Translations under genes and position numbers: made by a program
Assembly (NCBI GenBank): GCA_051047955.1
Contig: JBPGPT010000023.1
Span: 62,001 to 126,000 of the forward strand
Direction of reading: 5' to 3'
Source of the DNA: Cystobasidiomycetes sp. EMM_F5
Taxonomy: Eukaryota
Length of the DNA stretch: 64,000 bases
Part shown: positions 11,983-25,385 of the stretch, piece by piece
Layout: each line of letters opens with the position of its first letter
How positions within the stretch are numbered: the first letter of the stretch is position 1
Notes under the pieces: model-generated
What the model was told of the DNA's origin: nothing
What the model saw: the letters and a program-made list of their open reading frames with translations, nothing else
The model's database searches: none

Positions 11983-13899
11983 ATGTCCACACTTCCAGAC
12001 TCTGTATCCAAAGCCATACTCGAGGCTTCAGCTGGCCATCCGCGTCCAGACAAGACCTACGCCTACCAGTATGGCACCGCTGGGTTCAGATTGCGGTGGG
12101 ACCAAACAGAAAAATATTGATGATGGCTCAGTCTGACATTGCGTGAATTATTATACTTTATCAGTGCGGAAAAGCTGGACAGCGTCCTGTTTCGCGTAGG
12201 CTTGCTGGCAGTCCTGCGCTCAAAGAAACAACAAGGCAAGGCAATAGGGGTAATGGTCACCGCGTCACACAACCCAGAACAGGTGAGGAATAGTTTGTGG
12301 ACAGGTATCCAGCGCGTGCTGATAATGCGCGACCGAAGGACAACGGCGTAAAGCTTGTCGACCCGCGCGGGGAAATGCTCGAAGCTAGTTGGGAAGCTTC
12401 GGCTACCCTACTGGCAAATTCGACGACAGACAAGCAACTGCTGGACAGTCTTAATAGTCTCATCAAGTCGCACAAGATCGACCTGTCTCAAAAAGCTCGC
12501 GTCGTTTACGGCCACGATACTCGTCCGTCGTGTCCGGCCCTAGTTGCCAGTTTCAAGGATGGACTCAAAGCGTGCGGTCAAGGTGTGGAGTTGATTGCAG
12601 GAGGTCTACTCACTACGCCCCAGCTGCACTATCTTGTCCGTGCGCATAATGACTATGGTTCCGCAAAGCCATTTGGTGTGCCTACCGAAGAGGGCTACTA
12701 TGACAAACTCGCCAACGCGTTCCTGACTCTTGCAAAGGGTAAAATGTCGCTTTGTCCATTGACGGTTGACTGCGCCAACGGCGTTGGCGGCCCCAAGCTG
12801 CACAAGCTAGTTGAACGTATCGGCAAGGCAAACATTGATATTCGGATAGTCAAGGACGATATCATGACGCCAGGCGGACTCAACAGCCAATGTGGAGCAG
12901 ACTATGTCAAGACTCAGCAACGTGCACCTCCTGGCATGCAACTTTCACGCAACATGCGCTACTGTTCCCTAGACGGTGACGCAGACCGCATCATCTTTTA
13001 CTACCCAGCAGCAGACGGTTCGTTCCGCTTACTGGATGGAGACAAGATTGCTGGCGTCGCAGCAATGTTTCTGATGGATCTGGTCAAGCAAGCGGGTCTC
13101 GATCTGGAAGTGGGAGTGGTGCAGACGGCTTACGCGAACGGTAGCTCTACGGCATATCTCGAGAAGAGTCTCGTAAGGTATCTCTTGGCTGTGCTGCGGA
13201 CGTGTTCACTGACATGTTAAAACGCGATCACTCTCTCCACAGAAAGTACCGGTGGCGTGCGTCGCGACTGGCGTGAAATACTTGCATCACGCCGCCGAAC
13301 GATACGATATTGGCGTCTACTTTGAGGCAAACGGTCACGGAACTGTTTTGTTTGCACCTGAAGTACTACACCAGCTGTCTAATGCTCCTGCAACCTCGCC
13401 CAATCAGCAGATGGCGGTGAACAATTTGAAGGCATTGATCGAACTCATCAATCAGACCGTTGGCGATGCCATGTCGGACTTGTTACTGGTCGAGATCATC
13501 CTCATGCATCGTCAGTGGACTCCGGAGGAATGGGACGCCGCCTACACCGACCTCCCGAACAGACTTGTCAAAGTGACAGTAGCGGACAGGAATAGCTTCA
13601 AGACAAAAGACGCAGAACGCGTTCTAACCAGCCCCCCTGGCCTGCAGAACAAGATTGACGCCACTGTCGCCAAGTACAGCAAGGCGAGAGCTTTCGTACG
13701 TCCTAGCGGTACTGAGGACTGTGTCAGAGTGTACGCCGAAGCTGCTAGCAGGACAGAGGCCGATGGTGAGCGAGCTTTGCTAAGAAGAGCTACGGTAGCT
13801 GATCCGAACCGCAATGACCACGCAGATCTTGCCTTCAGATTGTCTGAGCTAGTCTTTGATGCGGCAGGGTCCGGTCAAGCACCGCAAAGAGTGGCATGA
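11983..13899 (+). CDS. PCM1: Phosphoacetylglucosamine mutase
   Basis: [27 protein letters not shown] and RPSGTED. An in-frame upstream ATG exists at 11908. Confidence 0.95.
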
Positions 13900-14032
13900 T
13901 CTGTCTGACGTTCTCTCTATTCCACAACATGCAATCAGTTCCGTCAGTTCTACGCGTACAATGTCGTCTGCAAATTTCTCAGAGCGGTAGCAAAATAGTC
14001 GCATCAGCGTTGTACTACTTTATCAGATAACG

Positions 14033-14858
14033 ATGGCCCGGGGCAATGATAATCTCGTCGATTCCAAAGACCCTGCACGATGGCAGGCTGCCCTGGACAG
14101 CTATCCCGAGCGCGTCAAGCAGCATGCTCAGACTGGGAAGCGTCGCAAGTCGCTGGTCTCGCTCGATGAATTTGTGCGGACGCACCTGCCGGTCGTCATC
14201 AAGGCCCGATATTCCGATGCATCAGACGACAAGGGCTACCTCAAGAAGGAAGACGTATGCAAGATTGTAGAGTGGAAGATTACGGCGAGTCTCCCAACGC
14301 TAGGTTGTTACTGTATGCTGATTTGCGGGCTTAATAGCGTGGTAAATTCAGGTTGGAAGACTCACTCACGCTGAGCCGTCAACTCGCGCTGAAGTATTCT
14401 GCAACAGACCACTGATGCGGTATGCCAACGCACTTGACCCGCAAGTCGTAGAGAAAACTACCCGGGAAGCATTCACTCAAGCTGCCTCTGACATGTCATC
14501 CGTGAGGCATCTCCACAATCGTCTGTCGACCTGCCTGACTGTGTACCCCTCCCTCTTTTAGGCGATGGAAACACTAACCTCGCTCAAGGGAGTTGGTCCA
14601 GCCACTGCGTCTGCCATTCTTTCCTTCGGGAGCCTGGATGGGGATTGTCCATTCCTGTCAGATGAGGCCATGCAGGCATTCGGGCTCACCAACAAGGCTG
14701 GTAAGCTCGACTACACTCTGTCAAACTGGAAGTCTTTGCGTACGCTGTGCGACGATAAGGCGAAACAGCTCAACAAATTCACTGTAGATCAAGATTCTGC
14801 TGAATGGAATGCGGTCCTAGTAGAACGTGCCATCTGGGCGGAGAGCGTTGAGGTCTGA
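14033..14858 (+). CDS. HhH DNA-glycosylase-like protein
   Basis: WKITRGKFRP is rebuilt through a GC-AG intron (14285-14337) and a 14-nt exon. Helix-hairpin-helix motif LKGVGPATASAIL and PFLSDEA. Confidence 0.75.
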
Positions 14859-15048
14859 GACAAGTCATGATACCACCGCCAAGTCGTTCACAGTCTCCAT
14901 GCCGACATAATCAAGAATCAACCGCGTATGTGGAGCCGTCACCGGGCGTGGTACAATCAAGGATTCTACAAGCTATCACAGTCCCATCATACTATACAGA
15001 GAACACCAATCGCCAAGCTCATTGCTCAAAACATTACCTGATCATTGC

Positions 15049-17361
15049 TCAGAACATTACCTGGACTCCGTCATCGTCATCATCTGGGATGGCAGATCCA
15101 GTTCCAATACCAAGAATCTGATTTCGGCGACATCTGTCAATACTCGTCATCCGCAGGGTGCTCCTACCTACCTCGCTGGTGTCCACCTTGTTGCGAGGCT
15201 TGTAGGTGAAACCGACCCATACACCGCGTCCGAAAGGCTCATCAAGCTCCTTGATGGCATCGACATTCTTCTGCTTGTCGAATACCTCCTTGTATTTGCT
15301 GAGCTCAGCCGGGTCCTCGAAGTTGTCAAAGTAGCCGACACTGTGCGTAACAGGCAGCTGTTAGTCACGGCAAACATCTGGCATCTTGGCGTCCACTCAC
15401 TCGACTTCGGAGTCTAGTGCGGGAATGAAGGGCGCAGGAGCTTCGCGTAAAGTGTCCCAAGCAATCGAGCTGTAGAAAGGATGATTTTTAATCTCGTCGA
15501 GCGTGGAGGGTCTTCGACTCTTGTCTGCAATAAGTTGTACGATAGCGGACCAGCCGGCATCGCTGAGATTGAAGATTCTATCTTCGGGACGATCATAATG
15601 TGGCCTTCGGAGCGTCTTGTGCCAGTTTTTCAAATTTGCCCACGTTTCTTCGGGCGTAGCGCCAGAAAAGGGTGGATAACCAGCCAAAAATTCAAATAGG
15701 ATGCAGCCTAGCGACCAGTAGTCTACCGAGAACGAGTAAGGCTGGCCCCGCATGCACTCAATAGACATGTAGTCGGGCGAGCCGACGATTGAATCTGCGG
15801 TTCGCGGTTCCGTCTTACGTATGCTCTTGTAGATGTCCTTCATCTCCTTTGTGCTGCGATAAATGACTTCATTATCCTTGACCTCATCGAGCTATGATAG
15901 CAGAAAGAGTCAGACTGTGCAAGGACGCAAAGGGCATTGCTCTACCTTATTCTTCATTTGCTCGATGCGACCAGGATTCAGATTTCCAGCAGCCAGCCCA
16001 AAGTCGGTAAGTTTGACATGGCCGATCTTGTCGATCAGGAAGTTCTGCATAGCGTGAAACGTCAGATGTGATGATATTTACACACTCAACACGCGCAAGA
16101 CTGACTTCTGGCTTGAGATCACGGTGGATGTAACCTAATTTATGTAGAGCATTGACTGAGCAAAACATTTCCGCAATGTAGAATCGAGCATGCTCCTCCT
16201 TGAGGACACCGGAATTGTTGAGCAGAGTGCGAAAGTCGCCTCCCGGTACGTATTCCTAGCCGAATCATAGCATGTCAGATCAGGAGACCCGAAGGCTACT
16301 ACTTTTGGATGACGTTACCATGGCCAAATAAATGTAGGTAGGATCCTGAAATGCATACAGCAGCGCAACCAGCCACGGTGTCTTTGTCGCAGTAAGGATA
16401 TCGCGTTCAACTAGGACATGCTTGATCTCGTCCATCTTTGCCAGTGTTCGCTTCTTCATCTTCTTCAGGGCGACAACTTCTCCAGAGTCCTTCTTGCGCG
16501 CAAGATAGACTTCCCCATACCCACCCTGGCCAACTTGGGTGATGATGTGAAAGGCGTCCATGCGAAGTTTTGTTCGTCGTTTGCGAAGTAGAACGCGTTC
16601 TCTCCCGGTGTAGGATGACCATTCTGAAGCGTAGGCAGCGCCAGTTACCTAAAACCTCATACGACGCGTAAGCGTTTGCACGAGGCATCCTTTCAAATAC
16701 CTTACACCTCGCTTGGCCGTGTCTTCTTTGAATAGCTGAAGCCGCCGTCTCCGACCGCCCACGTATGAGATAAGGTCAAAGTAGTAGCTACGAGATGAGT
16801 GAATTTAGTAGATTCGCTTGTGAGCGACTCGTCGCACCCACTCGAGGAAGACTGTTGCGTTGTATGTACGTGTTGATGTTAGTCGCCACCAGTCACTCTT
16901 GAGACTTCAAGCGACGACTCACACAGCTGAGCTACATCAGCTTTACGTCGCACATCCTGACTTCTGAGCAGCTCGCTCTCCCAAGCCTTGAATCCCTGTC
17001 CCTTTCTCCAGCTGGCCAGTCCGATGTTTGTCGCATTTGACGAAGTAGCGGCAGCGCTTTCTGCGACTGAGCGAGACTGAGGCGTCTGTGCGAGCAGCTG
17101 TGACATGGTTGGCTCGCTGGACGCTGATCCAGACGCAGACCCGGCTGAAGCTGCGCCATTCTGCTGCTGCTGTTGCTGCATGAGACGCGTCGGAATGGCC
17201 GTCCGCACATTTTCCTTGTCGGCTTCGCGGGCGTAGCTCGATGCAGCTGTCACGCTCGCCGTCTTGTTGGACTGCGCCTTGCCGTCCGTGCTGATATTGT
17301 TGGTCGTGGCTGCTGCTTTGTTGCCTTGCCCAGCAACGAGCAGGCGGGAAGTCGGCTGCAT
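15049..17361 (-). CDS. DBF2: NDR/LATS-family AGC Ser/Thr kinase, Dbf2/Sid2 type
   Basis: [28 protein letters not shown] and C-terminal GFTY. A 10-nt micro-exon (16842-16851) gives FLDYYFD. Start codon approximate. Confidence 0.9.
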
Positions 17362-17559
17362 GACGAGACTGCGGCCGCAGAGTGGGTTGAGTATAGTATG
17401 CAGCACTAAAGCACCGAGTGGGCAGTGCTGATGGTGTCCGGGAAAGAGCAGAGTCTGGCCTTGAAGCGCGTAAACATGAATGCATACACTCATGATCGGG
17501 CTATTTACCGTCAGCTCTGCCAATGTCAATGCATTCCTTGACGCTGACACCTTTCCACC

Positions 17560-19214
17560 ATGCAGTGCTGTCGGCTAACCCTAATCACTTCTCCGCTGAC
17601 CCATTACGCGCGAAAGCGGATCCCGAAGAGCGTTGCGAACGAGCTCCGTCCGCGTCATAGATCCACAATTACTGATACACCCAGCAAGACCACCCCAGCC
17701 TTCATATTCGATATCGATGGAGTGCTCAAGATTGGTCCAAAAGTGTTGCCTCAGGGCAGAGATGTAGGTTGGAGAAGGAGCTGACAATGCAATGGCTGCA
17801 TGTGGCTGAGATCCCGGCCTGATGTACCATCTCCAGGTGCTACGACTGCTGGCTGGCGATAACAAACTCGGGAAGAAGTTTCCCTTCATTCTGGTGACCA
17901 ATGGAGGAGGCATTACCGAAGAAGAGTCAGTATGCTCTGACCACGCTACACAATCATCTTACACGTTCATCGCGCACAGACGGTGCTACAAGCTGACCAA
18001 GGAGCTGGGCGTGGAGATCCGCATAGATCAACTCATACAATCGCATACAGTATTTCGAGAGCTGGTCGAGCAATACAAGGAGGAACCAGTACTCGTGCTG
18101 GGCGGGCGTGGCAACAGCTGCAGAGAAGTCGCACACTCGTACGGTTTCCGGAAGTGCTACACTTCCTTGGATTTGTTATCTTGGAGACCGGAAATATGGC
18201 CATTGCATAAACTGACAAACAAGGAGGCTGAAAGCGTGAAGGCGAGCATTGCGACTGACTCACACTGTACCTAATATCGCTAAATTAATTTTACATGATT
18301 ATGCAAAACGTACAGACTGTCGATTTCAGCAATATCGCCTTCAAGGCAATCTTTGTATATCACGATCCCCGCAACTGGGGCTTGGATATTCAGGCAATGA
18401 CCGATGTGTTGGCATCCCCCGATGGCGTTGTCGGCAAATGGAAGGATCTAGACGGCAATGACGAAGCCTGGAAGTCGCAAATTCCGGTGTACTTTTCCAA
18501 CCCAGATCTTCTATGGGTGGCGTGATTGCTTTTAAGACAGTCAGGATATTATACTGAATTGTCTGAGACAGGGCAACGACTGGCCGGAGCCGAGGTATGG
18601 ACAAGGTGCCTTCCAAGAAGCCTTTCGGGCTATATGGAAGCGGACAACAGGGCACGAATTACAAGCGTGAGTCTCGATAGAAAGACAGTTGAACACATTC
18701 AATATGCATGTCTTGACGGTGTTAATAGCACAACTGGTGGTAAACCGTAAGCAGACTGAACATGGATTGATGATACAATGACTATATGGACAAGTCACCT
18801 GCAGAACCAATCTCACTTATCGATATGCCGAGCGTCTATTGCTCCAGCAACTCAATCGTCCCGATATCCTTCCAAAAGGCAGTGCGCCAGTAGTTGAACT
18901 GGGGCCGACCTACATGGTAAATCCAATGTAGCTTCTATGACATTTCCCCCAACCTGACTGCTTAAGCACAGGTCGGCGACAATCCCCTAAGTGATATAGC
19001 CGGAGCGAATGCCTACGGGCTGTCATCCATTCTTGTACGGACAGGTGTCTTCCGCGGGAAAGACAATGATCATGTCCACCCAGCAACAACGGTTCAGCCT
19101 GACGTACTGGTGAGTAGCCGTACCGAGTCATTCAGACTGTGGTTTTGATAGTGAAGCTGTCCTCAGGCCGGCGTGACGTGGGCTTTGCGCAAGGAGCTTG
19201 GCGACGTCCTATGA
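17560..19214 (+). CDS. HAD-superfamily IIA hydrolase (CECR5/HDHD5-like) with probable mitochondrial presequence
   Basis: FDIDGVL, TNGGG, SNPDLLW, GKP and GDNPLSDIAGAN. GC-AG intron donor at 18242. Confidence 0.88.
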
Positions 19215-19613
19215 CGATCTCGACAGTATTTCACGTGTGCATATCATGTTCTCGAAAGCGCACGTATAGACAGAACAGCCATACGCAGGGCAAAGCGCAC
19301 AGGAGTCCTATTCCAAGTTCGACCCGAGTCGCATTTAGTAAAGTAGGAGCATAGTATGCTGATCTGCATCAATACCGCTGTACTCTTCTTGCAGTGTCAC
19401 GCTGCGTTGTATACTACTGCCCAGCATCATTGCATTGTCAAAACAACCAGAGGCTAACTTGCTTCAATCATGCAACATGGGAGCCTGCCCTTAAATCATT
19501 TTGCGATGCTACATATATCATGCGTGTAGATGACGTCTAGAGTCCGCAATTGTAAAGGTCGTTAGTGGGTAGAAATACAGAAGTAGTCATAAAACCGCCT
19601 ATGGCATCACTTC

Positions 19614-22600
19614 TCACGGCCAGGGAGCGGTAGAGAATCGAGGAGAGTTATTCCATCGTGATGGTGTGGAAGTGAGCTCCAAAAATCTCTGTCTGGACAT
19701 TTCTTCCGGATCAACAGGTGGTAGAAAGCCTGCCTCTAGCGAAAAGGAGTTGCGCGTGGAGCGCATCAAGGGAGTAAAGGGAGTCGGCATTCCCGAAAAA
19801 GCTGTTTGTGATCCTACTGTGGTTTTCGTGCCGGCCGTATGAGTGTACATGTGATCCCAGTGTCGTGAGCCATCATCATCGTCGTGCCGGCGTGCCGGAA
19901 GCTCGTCCCAAACGAATTGCATCGATGATGCGTTGCGAGTATGTCTAGATCGTTTTGCAGGACCGCCAATCATCGGAGTCTGCGGCGAGTACATTCCGCC
20001 TCCTGCCATGTTCATGAGGGCTGCCTGGGCTGAGCTCATGTATTGTGGTCGGGCAGCTGCCGCCGACGAGCTTTGATTAACTGCGCCCATAGCCGGAGTC
20101 GCGGGCGCATATGATCTTGACAATGAGTGAGAGTAGGCGTGGCGTCGAACATAGTCATTTTGCGATTGTACAGTGTGTTGCGGTGTTACTGGAATCGCGC
20201 CCGGCCTCGGTGAGGGGGCTAGAGCCAGGTTGGTATCTTGAAAGTGTGATTTATAATCCATGCGTGGGGTAGTCGCATGTGAGAACGTTGGCTCTCTCAT
20301 CGGTACGCTCTGACGAGGTGTCGTCGGGGTCTGGAATTCCACCTGCACAGCTGTGTCCAGCGTGACAGCGGGTCTAACTGGAGAATTTGGCGAAGGGTAT
20401 GATGCGGCAGCGGAATCTGCATAGTCGGGGGCTGTCATACCGCTAGCAGCATCCACCAGAGCTTGCAGCTTCTTCGGCAGTGCAGTCCCAGTACACCTGA
20501 AGCAGAACCAATCCTCGCCAAGGTCTTCCTCCTTGATGTCTAAGCAGTCTAGATGATACCAGGCATTGCAAGTATTGCACTGTACCATGCCGCCTTTGAC
20601 AGTATCAGACTCGCAAAAGCATTCACTGGCTGTAGCCACCCGATTTTTGCCCTTTTTGCGTCCCTTCTTTGTTGTAGCAGCACCAGCATGACCGGGAGCA
20701 GATGCGCCCTTCTTCATTGCATGAGGTGTAACATACGCTGACGCCAGGAGAGAGTTGAGCGTCTTGCGCTCGCTAGAAGTTCCCATCGCATGGGAAGCGG
20801 ACTCTTGCATCTCTTGCCGGGCTCGCTTCCGCGACGTCATCTTCAGCGCACGCACACTCTTGCCCATGACACGGACAGAATCGCTTGGCTCTTCAAGATA
20901 ATCCTCATACGGAATGCTGAGTCCCGCGCTCTTCACATCGAGAGCCGACTGGAGCGAAAGACTGGATGACATAGTAGGATCTACGACCATTGCGTTCGAA
21001 GGCCGAATGGTGAGGTTCAAGGGCAAGTGGTTTATGTACGGAGCAAGAGCGAAAGCAGGAGCGCCAGACGATGACGTCGGCGAGGATGGACCGGCATTCA
21101 TGCTGTCATCATCGTCGAATCGCTGAGGCAGGGTCGACCACGGACTGTCATTGCCACCGGGCGCCGACATCTCTGGCGAGTTGAGCCACGCCTGTATTCG
21201 CGACTTGCGCCTCTCCATCTCAGTAGCTTGTGCTGAGACACTCGGAACTCCGTTTCCGCTGACAGGGAGCAGATCTACGATCGGTGCACCCAATTGTACA
21301 GGGTTGTTGAGTGCATCAATCGATGGGAAAGTAGAATGCACTCCCGTGAGAGGCGATGTAGACGTCGATATAACGGCCGGCGTAGCACCATTTAATGATG
21401 TAGTAGGTGCGCCGGATGCATTGGTTGACAGATTTAGACCCACGAGTGGAAATTTCCAGCCGGATTGAAGTCGCTCCTTTTCCGGATACAAAGCAACGGA
21501 GGGTGCTTCTGCGATAGGCTTCTTTCCTCCTCGTTGCTGTTGCTGTTGCTCCTGTTGATGCTGGTGCTGATACTGCAACGACTGATATTTATCCGGCGAT
21601 GGCATAGCATATGCTGGAGAGCATGGCAAAGTGCTGCTGTGATACACCGCAGAAGATGCAGGTGGCGTAATGAGCGGAAGCGAAGAGCGTGCACTAGACA
21701 GGCTAGAAGCGGAGAGGCTGAGCGCTGAAGGAGGATGACTACCTCCAGAATCATCGTCGGTATCCATAAGCATGCCGTTATGTACCTGTACCTGAGTAGG
21801 CATCCACGCCGTTTGCTGGATGAGCTGAGGTTGCTGTTCAATGGGTGCAGGTCTGGCGGAAAATCTTTTGCGTCAATGGGAGCATCAGTGGAATTGCACA
21901 ACAGAGGAGGACTTACGGAGCTAGCATTGGCATTGCAGTGTGAGACTCGCTTCTGGACATTGGTACGGTGCCGTATGCTTGGGTCGCTACGGCATTAGAT
22001 ATTGGCGGCAAAAAAGCTGGAGCGAGACAAGCTCTCCCGTTCGAGCTCATGGACAAGACGAGCGGAGCTGAATTAGCCATAGCCATACCTTCACGAGAAA
22101 GACTTGATGACGAAGACTGCCTCGATTGGGAGGAATTGTACGATTGCATGGATAGAGCGGATAGGGCTTTATGCGGAGCTGAGCCCGTCATCAAGGCGGG
22201 TGGGTCTGAAGTGATAGACGACATAGTCAGACTGCGCTTGTCTCTCGTCTTTGTGGACGCCGTCGACGACGAAGTTTTCCGGCCGATGGCGGAGCCAGAC
22301 ATTTGCAGCGGGGATACGGGAGAGTGTACTATCGATGCTGTACTTGAAGTCGCTGCCGAAACCAATGGGGAGACAGAGACAGCGAGTGGTATAGGTGCAG
22401 TGCGTGGCATACTCGCTGCATTGGAGTTTGCGTAAGTGATACCAGTATTGAAAAGAGGCGGAAGTGGAGCTGCTAAATCCAGCGTCATGGGTTTTCTCAG
22501 TGTTACAGATGGCTGAGCCGGTGTGTCGGCTCGGACAGAAGTGCCATTCCCATCCTGGCTAGATAGGGATTGAAGCGGAGTATAGAATTGGGTAGTCTTG

Positions 22601-23042
22601 ACTGGCGATGGCATGCCATCCGCAAGTGCCAACTGAGATAGGGGAGATGAACCTTTCATTGCGGTTAATTTTCTTGATTTCGACTGTCGTCGAGTGGGAG
22701 TAGTGATGCTGGAGAGAAAAGTGTGAACATCAAGTACAGCATCGATGGGGGATATACTACATACGCGATATCCTCAGCACCCTCTTTTTCAGCCGGCACA
22801 GCCGACACTCCTTGCACGTTCTGCCCCTTCTTGGGAGACGTCACTGCAGCGGTAACGGTCTTTACATTGCTGACCTTGCTTGCCTGCTGCTGTGCCTCCA
22901 TGACAGCATCCAATTTTGCACGAGGCGTCGATACTCCTGCTCCGGACGAAGCCGATTTCTTGACGGCCTTTAGGTGTTCGACGATACGAGTCTGCCGTTG
23001 CTTCCGGACAGGAGGAGCGGTGATTCCAGCTGTGCTGCTCAT
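19614..23042 (-). CDS. PHD-finger protein, largely low-complexity
   Basis: CFC...MVQCNTCNAWYHLDCL...WFCFRC. ORFs 22665-23042, 21913-22659 and 19614-21803 are separated by intron-sized gaps. 5' end uncertain. Confidence 0.8.
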
Positions 23043-24555
23043 CGCGCAGACTAGCCAGGCTCAAGTGATAGATTAACTAACCCGGGATATCTTTGCTTCG
23101 AGGGCTATCGGGGAGAATATGGCTCGATTCCTGAACGAGACCAGACTCAGAGGGCGGTCTACGTGCACGAAGATAGTAAACGGCCTTGCTCCTCGTCGTA
23201 GTCGCTCTATCGTCTCCGTCTCTTTTGCTGGCTCGGGAGCTGCTGGCTGCCTTTTTGTTCCTCGAAGCGCACCGAGCGGGCCGGGAGCAGGCTGATGTTA
23301 TCGGATGATGCGGACGCAGCAGTTGCTACTACTCCCGCAGCATACGCAGAGTGTGGTGCAGTCCCAGCAATGCCTGCCTCAACACTCGAGTACCGCTGCA
23401 GTCACGGCGTAATAGGCCCCGAGGTTGTCGATTGCTGCCAATTGTGATGGGGGCCTCGTTCGTAAAGTGAAAGTGGTCGAATGCTCAGACGAAAGTGCGG
23501 CGAACGGATGTCAAGCAAGTCTCTGCAGAAGAGCTATTGGATGCTAGGCTGACGTCTCGCTGGCTCAACTTGCTGAAACTCTGCTAATTTATATATTACA
23601 GCACACTTGCCGAGCGGGCACCCGGGGCCTGGACGCTTATCTTGGATGGCTGATCTGATGGGTCTTGCGCTCCCGACAGTCTACCTTCACCACTCTGATA
23701 ATGTACCGCCAACTGATTCTCCGTTCAAGTCTCAACCTTCTCTGGCCCCACCGCTCAGCAAAAGTGCACTCTCTGTTCACTCTAACGCTACGCTGACAGC
23801 AGGCTCACTACACCTTCAGCTGCACTGAAGCATCATGCTTGCATGTATGGCGCGGAGCGGGTGTCCCGCCTCGACCAATGAAGTAACTGCCCGACACCCA
23901 GAGAATATTACGCGCAGACCCCCTGTTCCTGAGACGCGTAGTAGCCTAGTCTCATCGCAATCAGATTAGACGTGGTACCTTTGACGCGTCTTTTGAATTA
24001 AGAGCTGCATCAAGGTACGCGGCCACCTGTGCCGCCGCTGACAAGAGACATATCGATGGCAAGATGGTCATTGTGACAGCAGCTGCAGCTGATGGCACTC
24101 ACCTGATTGTTGTGCATGAGCATCCTGTGTCTCCGCCATGCGACTCGTCACAAACGCTCAACGCCTTGCAGTCCACCGAGTGGATGACAACGTACATCTT
24201 ATAACATCCCCTACAATTGCCTGCATATGTGTACGAACTGCATTTGCCCACTATTCTTTCAACCGGACCTACTGTCAAAGTTCGCCAGCTGTATACTCTG
24301 ACAAGGTTAGACGGTTTCACTCTGATCTGCTAGACATCATTTGACCCTCGCGCGATCTGATGCGATGCGATGACCTGATGTGTCCACATTCATGGCGCCA
24401 GGCTTCTCCGGCATTTCACAGCCTTTTCGCATCGCCGTTAGAACGCAAATATATAAGAAGTATTGGATCATCCAGATACTGACCAGGAAGTTTTGCCGTT
24501 CCCTTATATCCCTGTTCCCATTGCACTATTTCCATATGCTCAATCCACATCATGA

Positions 24556-24958
24556 TCAAAACACGCCCGTTTCAAAATCCGCTACTCTGACTTTTTCACC
24601 ATCGAGCTTTGACTTTATAAAGTCTACAAACTCGAGGTGGGCTGGGTCGGTGAGATAGTATGTCCTCTCTTGCTGGTTTCTAAAGGTCACTATGAACGCG
24701 TGCTGTACATGTCGGTAGCAATCTTCTAGTCAGCGTCGCTAGTACACATGAGAGCAGAGGACAGCACACATGGATAGACGAGCCAGCCTCTTCGGGCGAG
24801 TTGTTGGCGCCGCCATTGATGGCGAGAATGTAGGGTGATCCTTCGATCCGGCACGCTTGTCCGAGACTAAAGAATCGTCGACCGACTTCTTTCCGCTCCT
24901 CCTCGCTGACTTCCGGCTTGTATGCAAACAAGACGAGGTGCTGCACGACCGATGGCAT
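24556..24958 (-). CDS. Dabb stress-responsive alpha/beta-barrel protein
   Basis: VQHLVLFAYK, GGANNSPE, HAFIVTF, YYLTDPAHLEF and VADF; one intron. Confidence 0.9.
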
Positions 24959-25385
24959 GATGTCGACAGTCTGCTGAATAAGATGTCCGGGTTTCGTTCT
25001 CTAGCTCCCGCAACGATGAAAGCAGGATGCGGGCAGCTCTTCTGATATAGTTCACGTTGTTGTGTGAGTGCAGAAATTAGGACTTGATGACTCTGCAGCA
25101 GAGCAGAGCAAGCTGGCCTGCACGGGTTGCTCGGTTTATTTGTGGCAAAAAGAAGAGCACATTCGTTGCGGCTATCATTGTCAAGTTTCGCTTCCAACGC
25201 CAAACGGGAAGAGCGAAGTCGGCCTTCGTATCATGACAAACTTCCAAACTCACATCTACATTACAACTAATCTACAGCACAATTGCGGGCGAGCAAAGCT
25301 CTGCAACGATCCGATTGTCCATATAAAGAAAAAGTCAAGACACTGATATCGAGAACAACAAGCAGGGTGCGAAGTGAGCACTGAC

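Noticed and set aside
23100..24500. Short ORFs between the PHD and Dabb genes
   Set aside because: No coherent spliced model or motif found; probably UTR or promoter.
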